Assembly (NCBI GenBank): GCA_002633005.1
Contig: NMRA01000614.1
Span: 76,974-140,973 of the forward strand
DNA from: Phoronis australis
Taxonomy: Eukaryota > Animalia > Phoronida
Direction of reading: 5' to 3'
DNA: 64,000 nucleotides
Shown here: piece after piece, positions 25,387 to 36,972 of the stretch
Position numbering within the stretch: position 1 is the first letter of the stretch
How the letters are laid out: each line of letters opens with the position of its first letter
Made by a program: the position numbers and the translations under genes
The notes under the pieces: model-generated
What the model saw: only the letters and a program-made list of their open reading frames with translations
Databases searched by the model: none
Told to the model about the DNA's origin: nothing

Positions 25387-25439
25387 AGAGACTTATAGCC
25401 GTAACAACAGCTCGTAGAGACTTATAGTCGTAACAACAG
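25387..25439. repeat. Short tandem duplication (24-bp unit x2, 29-bp period)
   Basis: AGAGACTTATAG(C/T)CGTAACAACAG at 25387-25410 and 25416-25439. Confidence 0.8.
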
Positions 25440-25467
25440 AAAGGGGATAATAGTATAGAACGCTAGT

Positions 25468-25706
25468 GAGGAGGCAGTGTGGCCTGGTTGACAAGTGCCC
25501 GCTTTCTTTACTCGAGGTCGTGGGTTCAAGTCCCACCAGGTCACATTGCTAAACCCTTGAGCCAGGTTTCTAGCTCCTCAGCTCGGTTTTAACCATATAT
25601 CAATAAAGCATAAAAATATTTCCGGATGATCAGTGCAATGGGCCCACATGCGAGGCCTGCGCACGTCTGATACAACGTGTATCAGAACGCCTGCAATTAT
25701 GTTTTA
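25468..25706 (+). mobile_element. tRNA-derived SINE, full length
   Basis: Pol III A box TGGCCTGGTTG and B box GGTTCAAGTCC. Perfect 14-bp TSD TATAGAACGCTAGT (25454-25467, 25707-25720). Homologous copy at 53446-53676. Confidence 0.9.
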
Positions 25707-28671
25707 TATAGAACGCTAGTACGGTCTGGCGTTAGAAGAAAGATTATCTACTCTAAATCTTAAAACTGTCATCACTGTCATCGATTTGTCTATCAGTCAT
25801 TGACCCACAGGGAATTATTTGGGTCGCATGGTTGAATAGACATCCGGGATTAATCCAAAAGAGGTTTACTGGACGTGCGGCTCGGAAGGGTAGGCTAACT
25901 TCTCAAACTGTTTCCCTGCGAAAGTGTGTCTTTCATGACAAAACCCCCTACGAAAGGGTTCGTTTTCCTTACTTTGCACTTCACACTCGCAGTCGAATTC
26001 CGAAGTGGTTCTCATCTAATCCCTCGCATAATGTACGTTCACCGAGCTCAGAGCAGTACGGGACACTTATGTGCAATGCTCGATTGTCTGGCAGTAAAGC
26101 CAGGGTTCGAACCCCGGTCTCCCAAATGGGAACTACAAAAGCTCCTTTTTTAAACTACAGAAGGATATCAACATTGTATGCATTTTTTTTTTTTAATTTT
26201 CTTGCAAAAGGTGTTCTCATTTTAAGAACATAGCCTCTCTTCTTGTGCTGGTTTAAATCCACTTGTTCGAAAGGCAAAGTTCATGGTTTAACTTCCAACT
26301 GTGTCTGAAAAAGAATGCGAAATGTGATTTTGTAATGGAAGTTCCCTACAAATGTGTCCCTCCTTCTTGAGTTCTATCTCTTAAGGGGTGGGTACTGTAA
26401 TTTTAAAGTTGCACTCCGTAAAAAAGTGTACCCTCAGCAGGCTGAAACAATCCTTGTGGTGGAGAACAATGACCTTGTTTCTTGTGAAGGGCATAGAGAC
26501 TTTTGGGAAATTTGAAAATATTTTTATGAAAGAAATTATGAGTCAAATACTTAATTTTGCTTCTTTTAATGAAAGGCCATGTCTAATTCATAAACTTCGC
26601 GTTTTCAAAAAAACATTAAAATCCATCATCCAGTCTACCTTTCGTACTTTAAAAGCTTAATATTCATTGCAGAGCCAAGGTTAACATCCACGCTCCATGT
26701 AAAACGCTTTTGATGTATTCCTTAATAATACGATTAGAAGAACGGGAAATTATCTTTAATAAACGAATAGCCAAATTAATGTCAAAACCATTTCTATGAA
26801 TGCACAAATCGATCAAAGTCAAATGATTTATTTCCGAATCCAATGCATGGTCGTCGGGCGAAAGATTCCATGGCGTGTCATCCTCAATCAATTCCGCTTT
26901 TGATCGTTCATTGATACAACCGTAGTGAGGCGCGGGGTCATCTACCTCTGGCAACGCAAAAAGTATCTCTTGAAATGTCTTGAGAATTGAAATGGTGATG
27001 TACTTAATCATTATTAACATACACGTGTTCATTCATGTCGACGATATGGTTTCTGTACGATTTTCCAATGTACAACATAGCTTTCGGATTGTGAGCAGAG
27101 AGCGTGGACTAAGACCACAGTTCGAGTGGCTGATTTTCACGTTATCACTGGTCTGAGCCAATTAAAGCTATTGCTTGCACCCTGACTCAAGGCACCTTAC
27201 AAAAGGCATAACTGACAGAGAGTACTCTCTATGAGCTTTCTCAAAAATGAAGAAATTCAACAAAGTCATGTCTTTTTACACTGCTGGGTCAACCGGGAAA
27301 AATGAGATGTCAAAAATGACATAAAGGTGGGATTTTTGCCATGTTTACTTAAAATCAAAAATTCACGATTGTTCCGATGCAAGAAAGGAGGCCATAATCC
27401 GAATGTTCTTTCACTCTAGATTACAGAAATTCAGGCTTAAATACATCATTACAAACCAGTTTTTGGACAATTTCCACTTGTCTGAAGGGTACCTGGATTC
27501 GCGCCAAGAAGTCAAGACTCAACGAGCATGTGCAATGAAAATGGCAGCACATCCGTATCCGAGTAGACATGCAATAGCGGAGGCAAAATTTCTGTATTCA
27601 ATTTACTCAAAGCAACTTCAAGGAACTACTGAATACCAATACAGTCACACACAATTTGATCGCCAGAACTGCCGTCAAACCCAACCTACCCCATTTTCTT
27701 CATTTTGAGGGTGAGCTACAAAGGCCTGAACCGTGGTCTTCGACCCGTACTTCCCGGAAATAAACCGTGTATCACGCATGCGCCGCAAGTGAATATGGTG
27801 ACGAGTTGGTGGTCCATGTACCAAAGTCCATGGTGTACCGAAAAAGCTATACGCTGATCACGTGCAACGTTTACCTCAATGTCATGCCTAACCTAAACAT
27901 GGATCGAGTCCTATGCAATCTCATTATGCTCTAACGAGCGGGTTATGTAAACGTAATCAGTAGCTGGACCAGAGTTATCTGGAGGGCGAAAGCGAAAAAA
28001 TTTTACGAGCCTGTAAAAAAATCGAAAAATGAAAAAATAGCAGCAATTCTTTCCACCGCACTAGACCAGAGAGAACCGTGACACCTTGGCCTTTGGGGAC
28101 TCGATAACGATTCTTAATGTATGTAATTTTTGAAATATAATTTTCCACATGTCAAACTCAGACATGTTTCAGTTATCCCAGCTTCACTAACTCATTAACG
28201 TATCAAAGGAGCTTTTTTCCTGTATGAAACCGGGTGTTGGAACCGACGCTGTAAGAACTTTTTTATCGATCTTATCTGTTCGGGATAGGGTGTCGGGCAT
28301 CAAGCCTACTGTTGAAGCGCTCCGTATTCACACGTAGCTAAGCTTTAGTATACTTAACTTGTTTTCCTAGGAATTTAATATCAGTTTAGAACAGATTCGT
28401 GTCAGAGAAAAGAGCCCCAAAATCACTTTCTTTAGCGACTAGTATTAGTCTACTAGAAATCTTGGTTCATTATTCCAGCTATGTGGGGTAATTATAATCA
28501 GTAAATTGCACCATTGGGTCCTTTCAAATGGAAATGCAGTCAAAACCTATCAAAGATTATAATAATAGAACAATATGTACGCTAGGAGGTTATGCTCACT
28601 TTTTTACAATCGGCAATGATTATTGCGTCATTGAGTGTATTCAACATCTAACATCTTTATGTTAAAATGTA

Positions 28672-28850
28672 TTCATCTCTCACCTCTCCCCCTTCCCCCT
28701 TTCTTCCTGCCCGTCCCCTCCTCTCCCTGTTACACTCTTCCTCTCTCTCCCTCGCCCAACTACCTTCCCTCCTTCGTTCTCCGGCCCTCCTCACTCCTCA
28801 GGCTTTGTATTTCCCCCTCTCTCCCTCTTTCTTTGCGTACCCTACCTCCA
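28672..28850. repeat. Pyrimidine-rich (C/T) low-complexity tract
   Basis: About 180 bp that are strongly C/T-biased on the + strand. Confidence 0.85.
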
Positions 28851-31800
28851 GCTGTGCATTAAATTTGAACGTCGGAAACCTTTAATTGGCAAATCTCCAC
28901 AACAGTCTCGGAAATGTTGATACGATCCAGTTAAAACTAAATGCCTACATGAAGTAGCACGAAGTTGTCGAAGTGAATGCGAGATAAATAATTGTGATAT
29001 ATGTTAATTCACATAAGTTATCTAACTTTGTTTAACACCCAGCGTCTGAGGGTTAACCTTGTCAAATACACGAGCCCACAGTTTCGAATTGAGCATGCGC
29101 CGCCCATGCGCACTTGCGTGGTGGAGAGCTTGGTGAACAAGCCGATTTTTACATTGCGCACTATAGGGATCTCTTAAAATTGCTAATGGCGAAAACAGCG
29201 CTTGGCAATAAATTCATGCCATCAGTCCGTGGATACTGCGGGAATGTTTAGATACAGAACTTCACAAATTATTCATGAAGCTGTTTTTTATCCCCGGATC
29301 TCGGCTTCGTTGTTCAAGTAATGAAGGAGAGGTTGGCGTTAGCAACAATTTACAATTGTATTGCAATAATTTAAAGACGAGTATTTTCCTTGCTTTGGAG
29401 GCAAATTAACAGTATGAATACTGATCCTGGGTGAAAAAGTTGCTTTCCTTGCAAATTACAGGAACAGTACTAAAATTGTCAGCATATAAATGCGCTCCAA
29501 AACTGACCACAAGTTGTTCCCAGGAAGAAAAATTGGTTGGTGATAGCGCTGACTGTTTTTGGAATGGCATAATAGCAACCTTTTGGTAATCTAGTCGCTA
29601 TCCGACGAAAAATATAGGCTTAAACATCTGTTACGCACCTATTTAAATGGAAAATGCACGTGAATCGGTTTGATTGTTCTGCCTAATCTTACTTAAAGTC
29701 CTTCTCTCACGCGTTTTTAACCCTTATTACATGGTTAGAAGATGTTATAAGGATCCAAGAAGTACCTACCCCATAACTAATACACGATCCGTACTCGAAA
29801 ACAGTTTAAATGAACGCACCACTCACGATTCGCACCCGAAGAAACACCGCCATTTTGAACTTGCCGCGAACCCGGAAGTACAATTCATTCAGGAACCCAG
29901 GCCGAGAAAACGCCGTCAGTGCGACTGGAGCAGTGCCTGTACTGTTACCAGCCAGCAAACGGGGACAAAAAAATCGACAGCGCGCCTTAATTTTGATAAA
30001 ATCAAACTACGGACAATTTTATGGAATTTGCTGAAGAAATGTGGCGAATAAATTTTGACAGAAATTATTTTGCCAGACTCGGGACCGCAGCCTATCGGAC
30101 CCGGTGTGGATCGAGACCAGACACTGGCGAACGGTAAATGCATGCGGTTGCAAGCTGTTTTGTCGAAGTAAAATGGTCAAATGATAAATGCTGCATATAT
30201 TCAAGGGTAGTTTCAGACACTTGCATGAAATTACGGGCTGGTTAGTCCTGTGTCACACTGCCGCGGCAGACCTTAGTTAGCCTCAGTCACCAGCTACCAG
30301 TGAAGACTATAGTCAAAATACAGCTTGTTAGTAGGCCTATACAGCTTTGCGCCAAGACTACCCTTAGGCCTAACTGGTCGCTGGCCACAAACACAAAAAA
30401 CACGAAAATTGAACAAAGTTTCTTTTTTGTAGCAACGTTTGTCAAAATGTATCAACGTTAAATCTTCACAAATTACAAAGTAGCCGATTGAACATGCCTT
30501 TCAGTTCAGCAATGGTCGACATTGTAGGTGCCGCCAGAAATGAGACGAAGTCCAACGGGAATTGTGAGCACATTTATCACTTAATGAGTAACAACTGCGA
30601 GGCTGAAATTTGGTGAACACTGCTAAATCGTGCAGAATAGTAAGTAACTAAATTTTACCGTAATTTGTTGGCGAAAACAATACACAACGCACAAAGTTTT
30701 AAACTCGTAACTTATCCCGCTGTCCTCCAATATGGCCGACGCGATCCAAACAAAGTGACCCAAATTTCGCCACAAAACTTGCAATAACTTTACAGTGCTT
30801 GCCCCGATTTTGATACTTTTTCGATTTTTACTGAGTAGATTGTACTACCTTTCCGATGATAGCAACGTACTTTTTCAAAACGAGGAAAAAAATAAAACCG
30901 AAAAAAAAATTGGTTCGACCCATATCGTTCCTAGGTTCGACCCGCCTAAGTAAGGAACTAAATACCAATGCTATTTAACATGCTAAGTACGCGTAACATT
31001 CCAAAAAAATCAACGACCACTAACTACAAACTATAAATACACTACTTATGCAAACGAATCACGATATATTACTAATAAAACAAAATAATGAAGACTTTTC
31101 GAGCAAGCCATAGCACATTCAGTTACAAGGAAAAAATGGCGGCGTTCAGGACAAGTTCCTGAACTGATGAGCCGGAAATGTGGGTACGGAAATAACCGAT
31201 GACAACCGGTAATCATACGCTCAGAGAGAAGGGTCAAATACTGTTAAAAAATCGCTTTTGGCAAGAATGGCGAAAAGAATATAAAGAAAGGGTGTCGAAA
31301 ATAAGAATTTATGTAGTAAGTATTTTCGGATACTGGAACCACATGGGCAGTTTGCAAGAAGGACTTTAAGATGACGGACTCCTGTTTAGTAATGACGCAA
31401 TATACTGTTGGTAGAAGTCGGTTCACCTCCGTCACCCGTCGTGCCTTCCGTCAGTCAGACGCTTTATGAATTTCTGTGTGCTAATAGGCTATCGGCAAAT
31501 TGTGTAAATGCAGTGTGATGCAAAACTGGCATACAGAATCAATTTACTATTCAAAGTGAATTTCGAATTGAATACAGATCCCTTGCTCGCTAAAGACTCA
31601 AAGCTATTGGAAACCATGGACGTGAAAACAGATGACGCTTTTAATATTTATTTTCGCTTCGAGGAATTCAGCGCAGACTCCTTTCTTTTGTGATTAGGCC
31701 CACTCATAGCCGTTTAACGTCTTAGTGTCTCTTTAATAGTTAATTTCATTTTGCAATTAACAGCGGTAGCCACAAGTAATTAATTAGATCACGTGATAAT

Positions 31801-31926
31801 TAACCGCGTGAGAAAACACCAGCCTAGCTGAAACTCGGGAATTGAAGGTGGTTAAACTGCGACTTCAATGGAACATATGCGAGAATAAAGCAGTTAAAAG
31901 TGAAAAGATCTGTCAGTGAATCTCAT

Positions 31927-32040
31927 CTAAGGTTACATGTAAACTCGTTTCGCAAAAATACTGTTTTAAAATTTGCGGCTGTGCATGCAGAATGAAATAT
32001 ATAAGGATTTCAAATAAATTTAGTTTGACATGAAATACTC
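31927..32040 (+). repeat. Interspersed repeat end fragment (second copy ~60309-60423)
   Basis: TAAGGTTACATGTAA...TTTCGCAAAAATACTGTTTTAAAA...AGGATTTCAAATAAATT matches TTAACGTTATGTGTAA...TTTCACAAAAAATGCTATTTCAAAA...AGGATTTCAAATAAATT. Confidence 0.55.
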
Positions 32041-33869
32041 GCAAGTGAAAATGGGATGCGTCCCGTATTGCAAATTTCTTGCGAGTTTGGCGAAATCACG
32101 CAAGTCTTCTCCAAATTTTGCTATGCGAAGCGCGCTGCCTCACTAGCTTTCAATGGCGAGTGTCTTGCGTTACGAAACCTGTCCCTTGGTGAAATAACGA
32201 TCATTGCTTGTAATACATGGCAATATCTCGCGACAACTTGCGTGATCTCGCAAGAAACTAGCTTCAGTAAACGCACTTTTGCTGGGTGCTTATTTCATTT
32301 TGGGCACATTTTCAAAAAGTAGTTTCCTGTTCCGCCTGGGAGCGCACTCTTGGTCTGGAAAATTCGAATTTTCGAAGTCATGCTATGGTCGCTTCGGAAA
32401 TGCTCGGTAGGCCTATATGTACGTTCTGAGATGTCGCTATTGTTTTACTTAATTTAAACTTATTACTGTTAAGGCAGCTGTTTATGTTATCTTAACACAC
32501 ACACTACTTCGATTTAGTATAGTATTCCGGAATACCTTCATTAGCTGAGAATCTCGACTCCTCATTAAACTTTTTATTTATGCTTGAGCAATTACAAAAA
32601 ATCAATGAACCTGCTGAATATTTTCTTGTGTTTTGAGTGGCTGGGAATTAAAAGCTTTTTACACACAACGCGATGTTTAATATTGGTCAGTGTGTAAATT
32701 TGCTAGTTTGGCAACATTTTGAAAATTGAATTGTTCCTTCGGAGCCGTTTCGTACCTAATGAAGTTGATGAATCAGGTAATAGTGTTATAGACATTACCT
32801 CCCCTGGCGGTACATCAAATTAACTTAGCTGCAGGCGGATGACGAATAAATAATGAAACAAAAAATGAATAAATTAATTGAATAGGACAAAACCAGGTGA
32901 GACAACGCTTGCAAACAAACCCCTAGTATCCCTGTGGTGAGCTAACTCTCGATTTCAATGCAGTTCTAATTAAGTGAGAATCTCACTTCAATATTATGAA
33001 TCGATGGTCTATTCAGAACAGGGGGTTGGTCAATCGCATTCAACAAAGTGTTGATAACATAGAGAAGGCTTGATAATAATTCAAATATAACTTCTCAGTA
33101 AATATTAATGAACAACTGGTCTTTTTCTAACAGGGAGTTCGGAAATTTAATGTATAACTTGAGAGTTAAGAAAGTGCCTGGAACGGTTGCACTTCCAAAT
33201 GAAGTGATAAAGTCGGATCAATTGTTTTGATTTGATTATCCGTCAGTTACATAGTTTTTCCGTTAAGAATGATACCGTTAGTGTGTCGATCTCTTTGTTT
33301 TTTTTAATGATAGGTAATTTGTTTGTTCATTTGCTTTGGCAAAATCTATTAAAGCAATATAATCGGCGACAATGAACCATGAATAAGATGCGCTGAGGTG
33401 AACAGAACTACAGGAATTTATCACAGACAAAGCTTCAACAGTTGCTTGGTGCTCTTTTATAAAACATAGTTCCATTTTCTTGTTTAAACATGTTTTTATT
33501 GCTTTTCTCCTCGCGAAAATCTGCGATGCGCATGACCCTTTCCTTCACCGGCTGTAAACGTCAAGTGCTCTACAGGTACCGCTTTACTCTCAAGCTCACT
33601 TTGCCTAGCACGTAGAGTTCAGGTATCATTTACAAAAACACAGCACTTTGTTAAAAGTTATTCCCAAAAATTGTTAGGTTAGCACTTATGATTATCAGCT
33701 AATCGGGGCCTTTCAAAGACAATTTTTGTCCATTTAGGAAAACGAGTTTCGTATGATTATGCCGTCGACTGGCCGAGATCATGCGATCATGTTTGAGATT
33801 TTAGCGAGGGGTTTAAATCGGTTAATCAACCAAAGAAACATCAGCTTTCAAACAACAATTTTAGATTTA

Positions 33870-34287
33870 ATATTAAAATCAATCAAAGGCAAGCATTTGA
33901 CTGCTAGTAATTGGGTCACGTGACCATGTCTCTTGGATTTTTGAAGAATGGTAAATCTTAACAAAACAACGGTTTCAATAACACGAATGTATTTCATTTG
34001 ATATTTTTTTTCGTGAAATCTCAAAAACACCGTTTAGTTTTCCAAATATCATTTCATTTTCGTTTAGTGCAACTTTTGATTTTTTTTAATAATCATAAAA
34101 AATCATGTTTTGATAGTCCTTCGTGCAAATGTGAATCGTTTTAAAACAATTCGTTATAACGTTTTCTGTAGAGCAGTGCATAAATCATAGGGTGTTAACC
34201 TTTCGTATGAATCCGATCAACCAGTTCTGAGATATGACGTTCCGAAGTTAGCTAAGTTTAAACATTTTTCTGGGATCCTACGTAATC
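33870..34287 (+). mobile_element. Kolobok-type MITE family A copy
   Basis: Ends GGATCCTACGTAATC|TTAA. Internal homology to the other family A copies. Left end approximate. Confidence 0.75.
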
Positions 34288-35258
34288 TTAAGCCATTTCA
34301 AACAAGGTTCACCACTGTTGCTGTGAATTAAAGTTAGAAAAATATTGTACATAATATAAACAGAATGGTTCCAACTTCTAGTGTACACGTTTTGTTTAAA
34401 CTTGAAGAAAGAAATAATAGCTATAAGAACAAATGTAAGTATGTGAGAGTGATTTTTGATGTGTTTCGCCTACTTTGATGTCAGTGTAATGTTTAGAGCT
34501 TCTTAAACTTCGAGAATTTGGTTTGTTTGTTTTTCACAGATTTAGATATCTGGGAAGGAAATTGAACACGGGACCATAACACATGACACTTCACTATGTG
34601 TTATGTACAGCCAGTGTGTATGCTTGAAGGGAGTGACGAACAAATCCCCTCTCCCGCGATGTATGCCATCTGGTGATATCTGGACAACCCGTGTTTTAAC
34701 GAACAACTGGGCTATTCGTGATTATTACCAAAACAAAACAATTACGACTGCTTCCCTTAAAAGTCGTCGTCTCTTGGAAACTTGCTGGATCCCCCTCAAA
34801 TTTAAGCATGTTAGGTCACGTGGTATGGGATTTTGTCCGTCGCTAAAATGAAATGACAAGGTCGCTGAGATCACACAACATAACAAACCACGTCTTTAGA
34901 GGGAAGAGAGTAAAAAGTACAAAAATTATGTGTACTTTGTATCTACCTGATGCAGAATTCATGAAGTATTTAAATGCTTAAGATTTGTGAAGTTTTAAAC
35001 AGGATTTGCTAACTTTTCAAAATGTGACAACGCTGATGTTGAAGTGCAAATTCAGGAGGTTCTAAGGTCTTCGACTTCCCCGCGTTACAGAACAATGTAT
35101 ACAGTTTATATCTGCTTCGCACTGCGTCAGTCTTGCGCTGTGTACTAAATGGTAGACAGTCGATACCAGTGGCCGGTAAAACACATCAAATAATTACTAC
35201 TGCAAACGAAACTGACAGCCAGAAACATTTTTATCGTGAGAAACAAGCAGGGTGTTAA

Positions 35259-35600
35259 GGTTATATAGGACCCTGGAAAATGGCCAGATTTGGCGAACTT
35301 CGGAACATCATGTCTCAAAGATGGCTGATCGGATTCGTACGAAACTCTCAGATACTATGCTTTAGGCACTATTCTCGGACGGGCGTGAAATTGCTTTTAA
35401 AATGTTCCGTCTTTGTATGAGGTGCTATCAAAAATAAGAATTTCATGATTTCCATGAAAAATCTTTTAAGTTGCATAAAACGAAAATGAAGTGATATTTT
35501 AGAAAAATATAACAGCGATTTTGATATTTCACACTTATGTCAAATAAAATTTGATCATGTTACTGATACCATTGTTTTGCTATCCATGTACCATTTTTGC
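35259..35600 (-). mobile_element. Kolobok-type MITE family A copy (inverted)
   Basis: TTAA|GGTTATATAGGACCC...AACTTCGGAACATCATGTCTCAAAGATGGCTGATCGGATTC is the reverse complement of the family A 3' half. Confidence 0.75.
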
Positions 35601-36619
35601 TAAATTATACTCAAAGTTACGAAGCAGTTTTTGGCACCGTGTATGCACGATGGCTAAGAAACAGACACGAATCATTTCCTACGAAAACTGGCGCTTGCTT
35701 ATGATGTCGTCCAAGCGGATCGTCCGTGAGGCCAAAATGAGCAAACTTCTAGTGTGATTAGCCGTTGGTCCAAGGAACACGCCACACTAAACCCATATGC
35801 ACGCATTTCGGCTCCTGCGGTTTAATCCGAAATAATGTTTCTTCAAAAAAATGTTTTTATCTGTGGTATGGTAGTTAGCTAGTTTTAATGATTAATTTGT
35901 TCGGTGCGCTGTCTGTTTTTGTATAAAATGTTTTTGTGAAACGAACTGTTGTTTATTTGATTATACAAACAATGAGTTATAAGCCCAAAGTGCTGGAGAT
36001 ACGATGTGTTTGATAGAGTGTATAAATTGTTTCAAACTGTGTAACACAAGTCATTATGATACAATAAAATTCATTCGTTCATTCATTATAAACATCTTTT
36101 GTTTCATTTTCGTTAAAAATCCCTAACTAAACGAGAAATATCCTTCACAGAATTTGGAAACAAACCATCAACAAGTTAAACTAATACCTGTATTGATATT
36201 ATTATATACTGTTTAAGTTTAATACGAAATAGTGTCATATTTGCACACCAATTTTCTAAGCTAAAGACAAAGACAAATTGTTGGGTGATATTTCCATGCA
36301 AAAATGTTAATTTTCATAATAAATATAATTATGAGTGTTAAGTTATAACTTGTGAAAGAGCAGGCCAGTCCTTCAACTCTAGTCTCGTAAAATTCATTTG
36401 TATGAGCCCTCTCACTTAAACTAATTGCTAGCACGATAAGACAGGAAGCGAGTCCAATTTGTTTGGTTTACTTGATTTCTTTTGCATGACTTTCTTGAAG
36501 AACATGTCTACAAAACTATAGATTTTAACTCTGTGAAAGTATAATACTTTCTAAAAGAAGAATATGGAATTTGATGTTTGATTTTTTTACCACTATGGTA
36601 TTAACTTAGACACTTGACG

Positions 36620-36972
36620 ATGACTTTACAAAAGGTACATTGAAAACAAAACAACAGCAACACTGAAATAATTAAATTTTATTTGATATGAAAGTTCAAG
36701 ATGAGATCTAACAAAAAACGCTGTTGCAATTTTCTTAACTAACACTTCGTTTTCGTTTATGCATATTGAGCGCTTTTTCATGAAAATCATAAAAGTCGTA
36801 TTTGGATAGCGTCCCATGCAAAATTGTAACATTTAAAAAATAATAATCCCTAAATTCGTGTTGGAGACAATTGCATAAGGTATAACACCAGATCAGCCAT
36901 TTCTGAGATATGGTGTTCCAAGGTTAGCCAAACTTGGAGTTTTTCTACACAGTTATAGGGTCCTACGTAACC
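36620..36972 (+). mobile_element. Kolobok-type MITE family A copy
   Basis: Ends GGGTCCTACGTAACC|TTAA. Internal GTTCAAGATGAGATCT...CGCTGTTGC and GATCAGCCATTTCTGAGATATG. Confidence 0.75.

Noticed and set aside
26095-26125. B-box GGGTTCGAACCCC suggesting a tRNA gene
   Set aside because: No cloverleaf or A box. The tRNA-like heads at 25468 and 53676 were likewise called SINEs, not tRNA genes.
31164-31195. CTGATGA...GAAA hammerhead-like core
   Set aside because: No proper stem II or closing stems. The same applies to CTGATGA at 42470.
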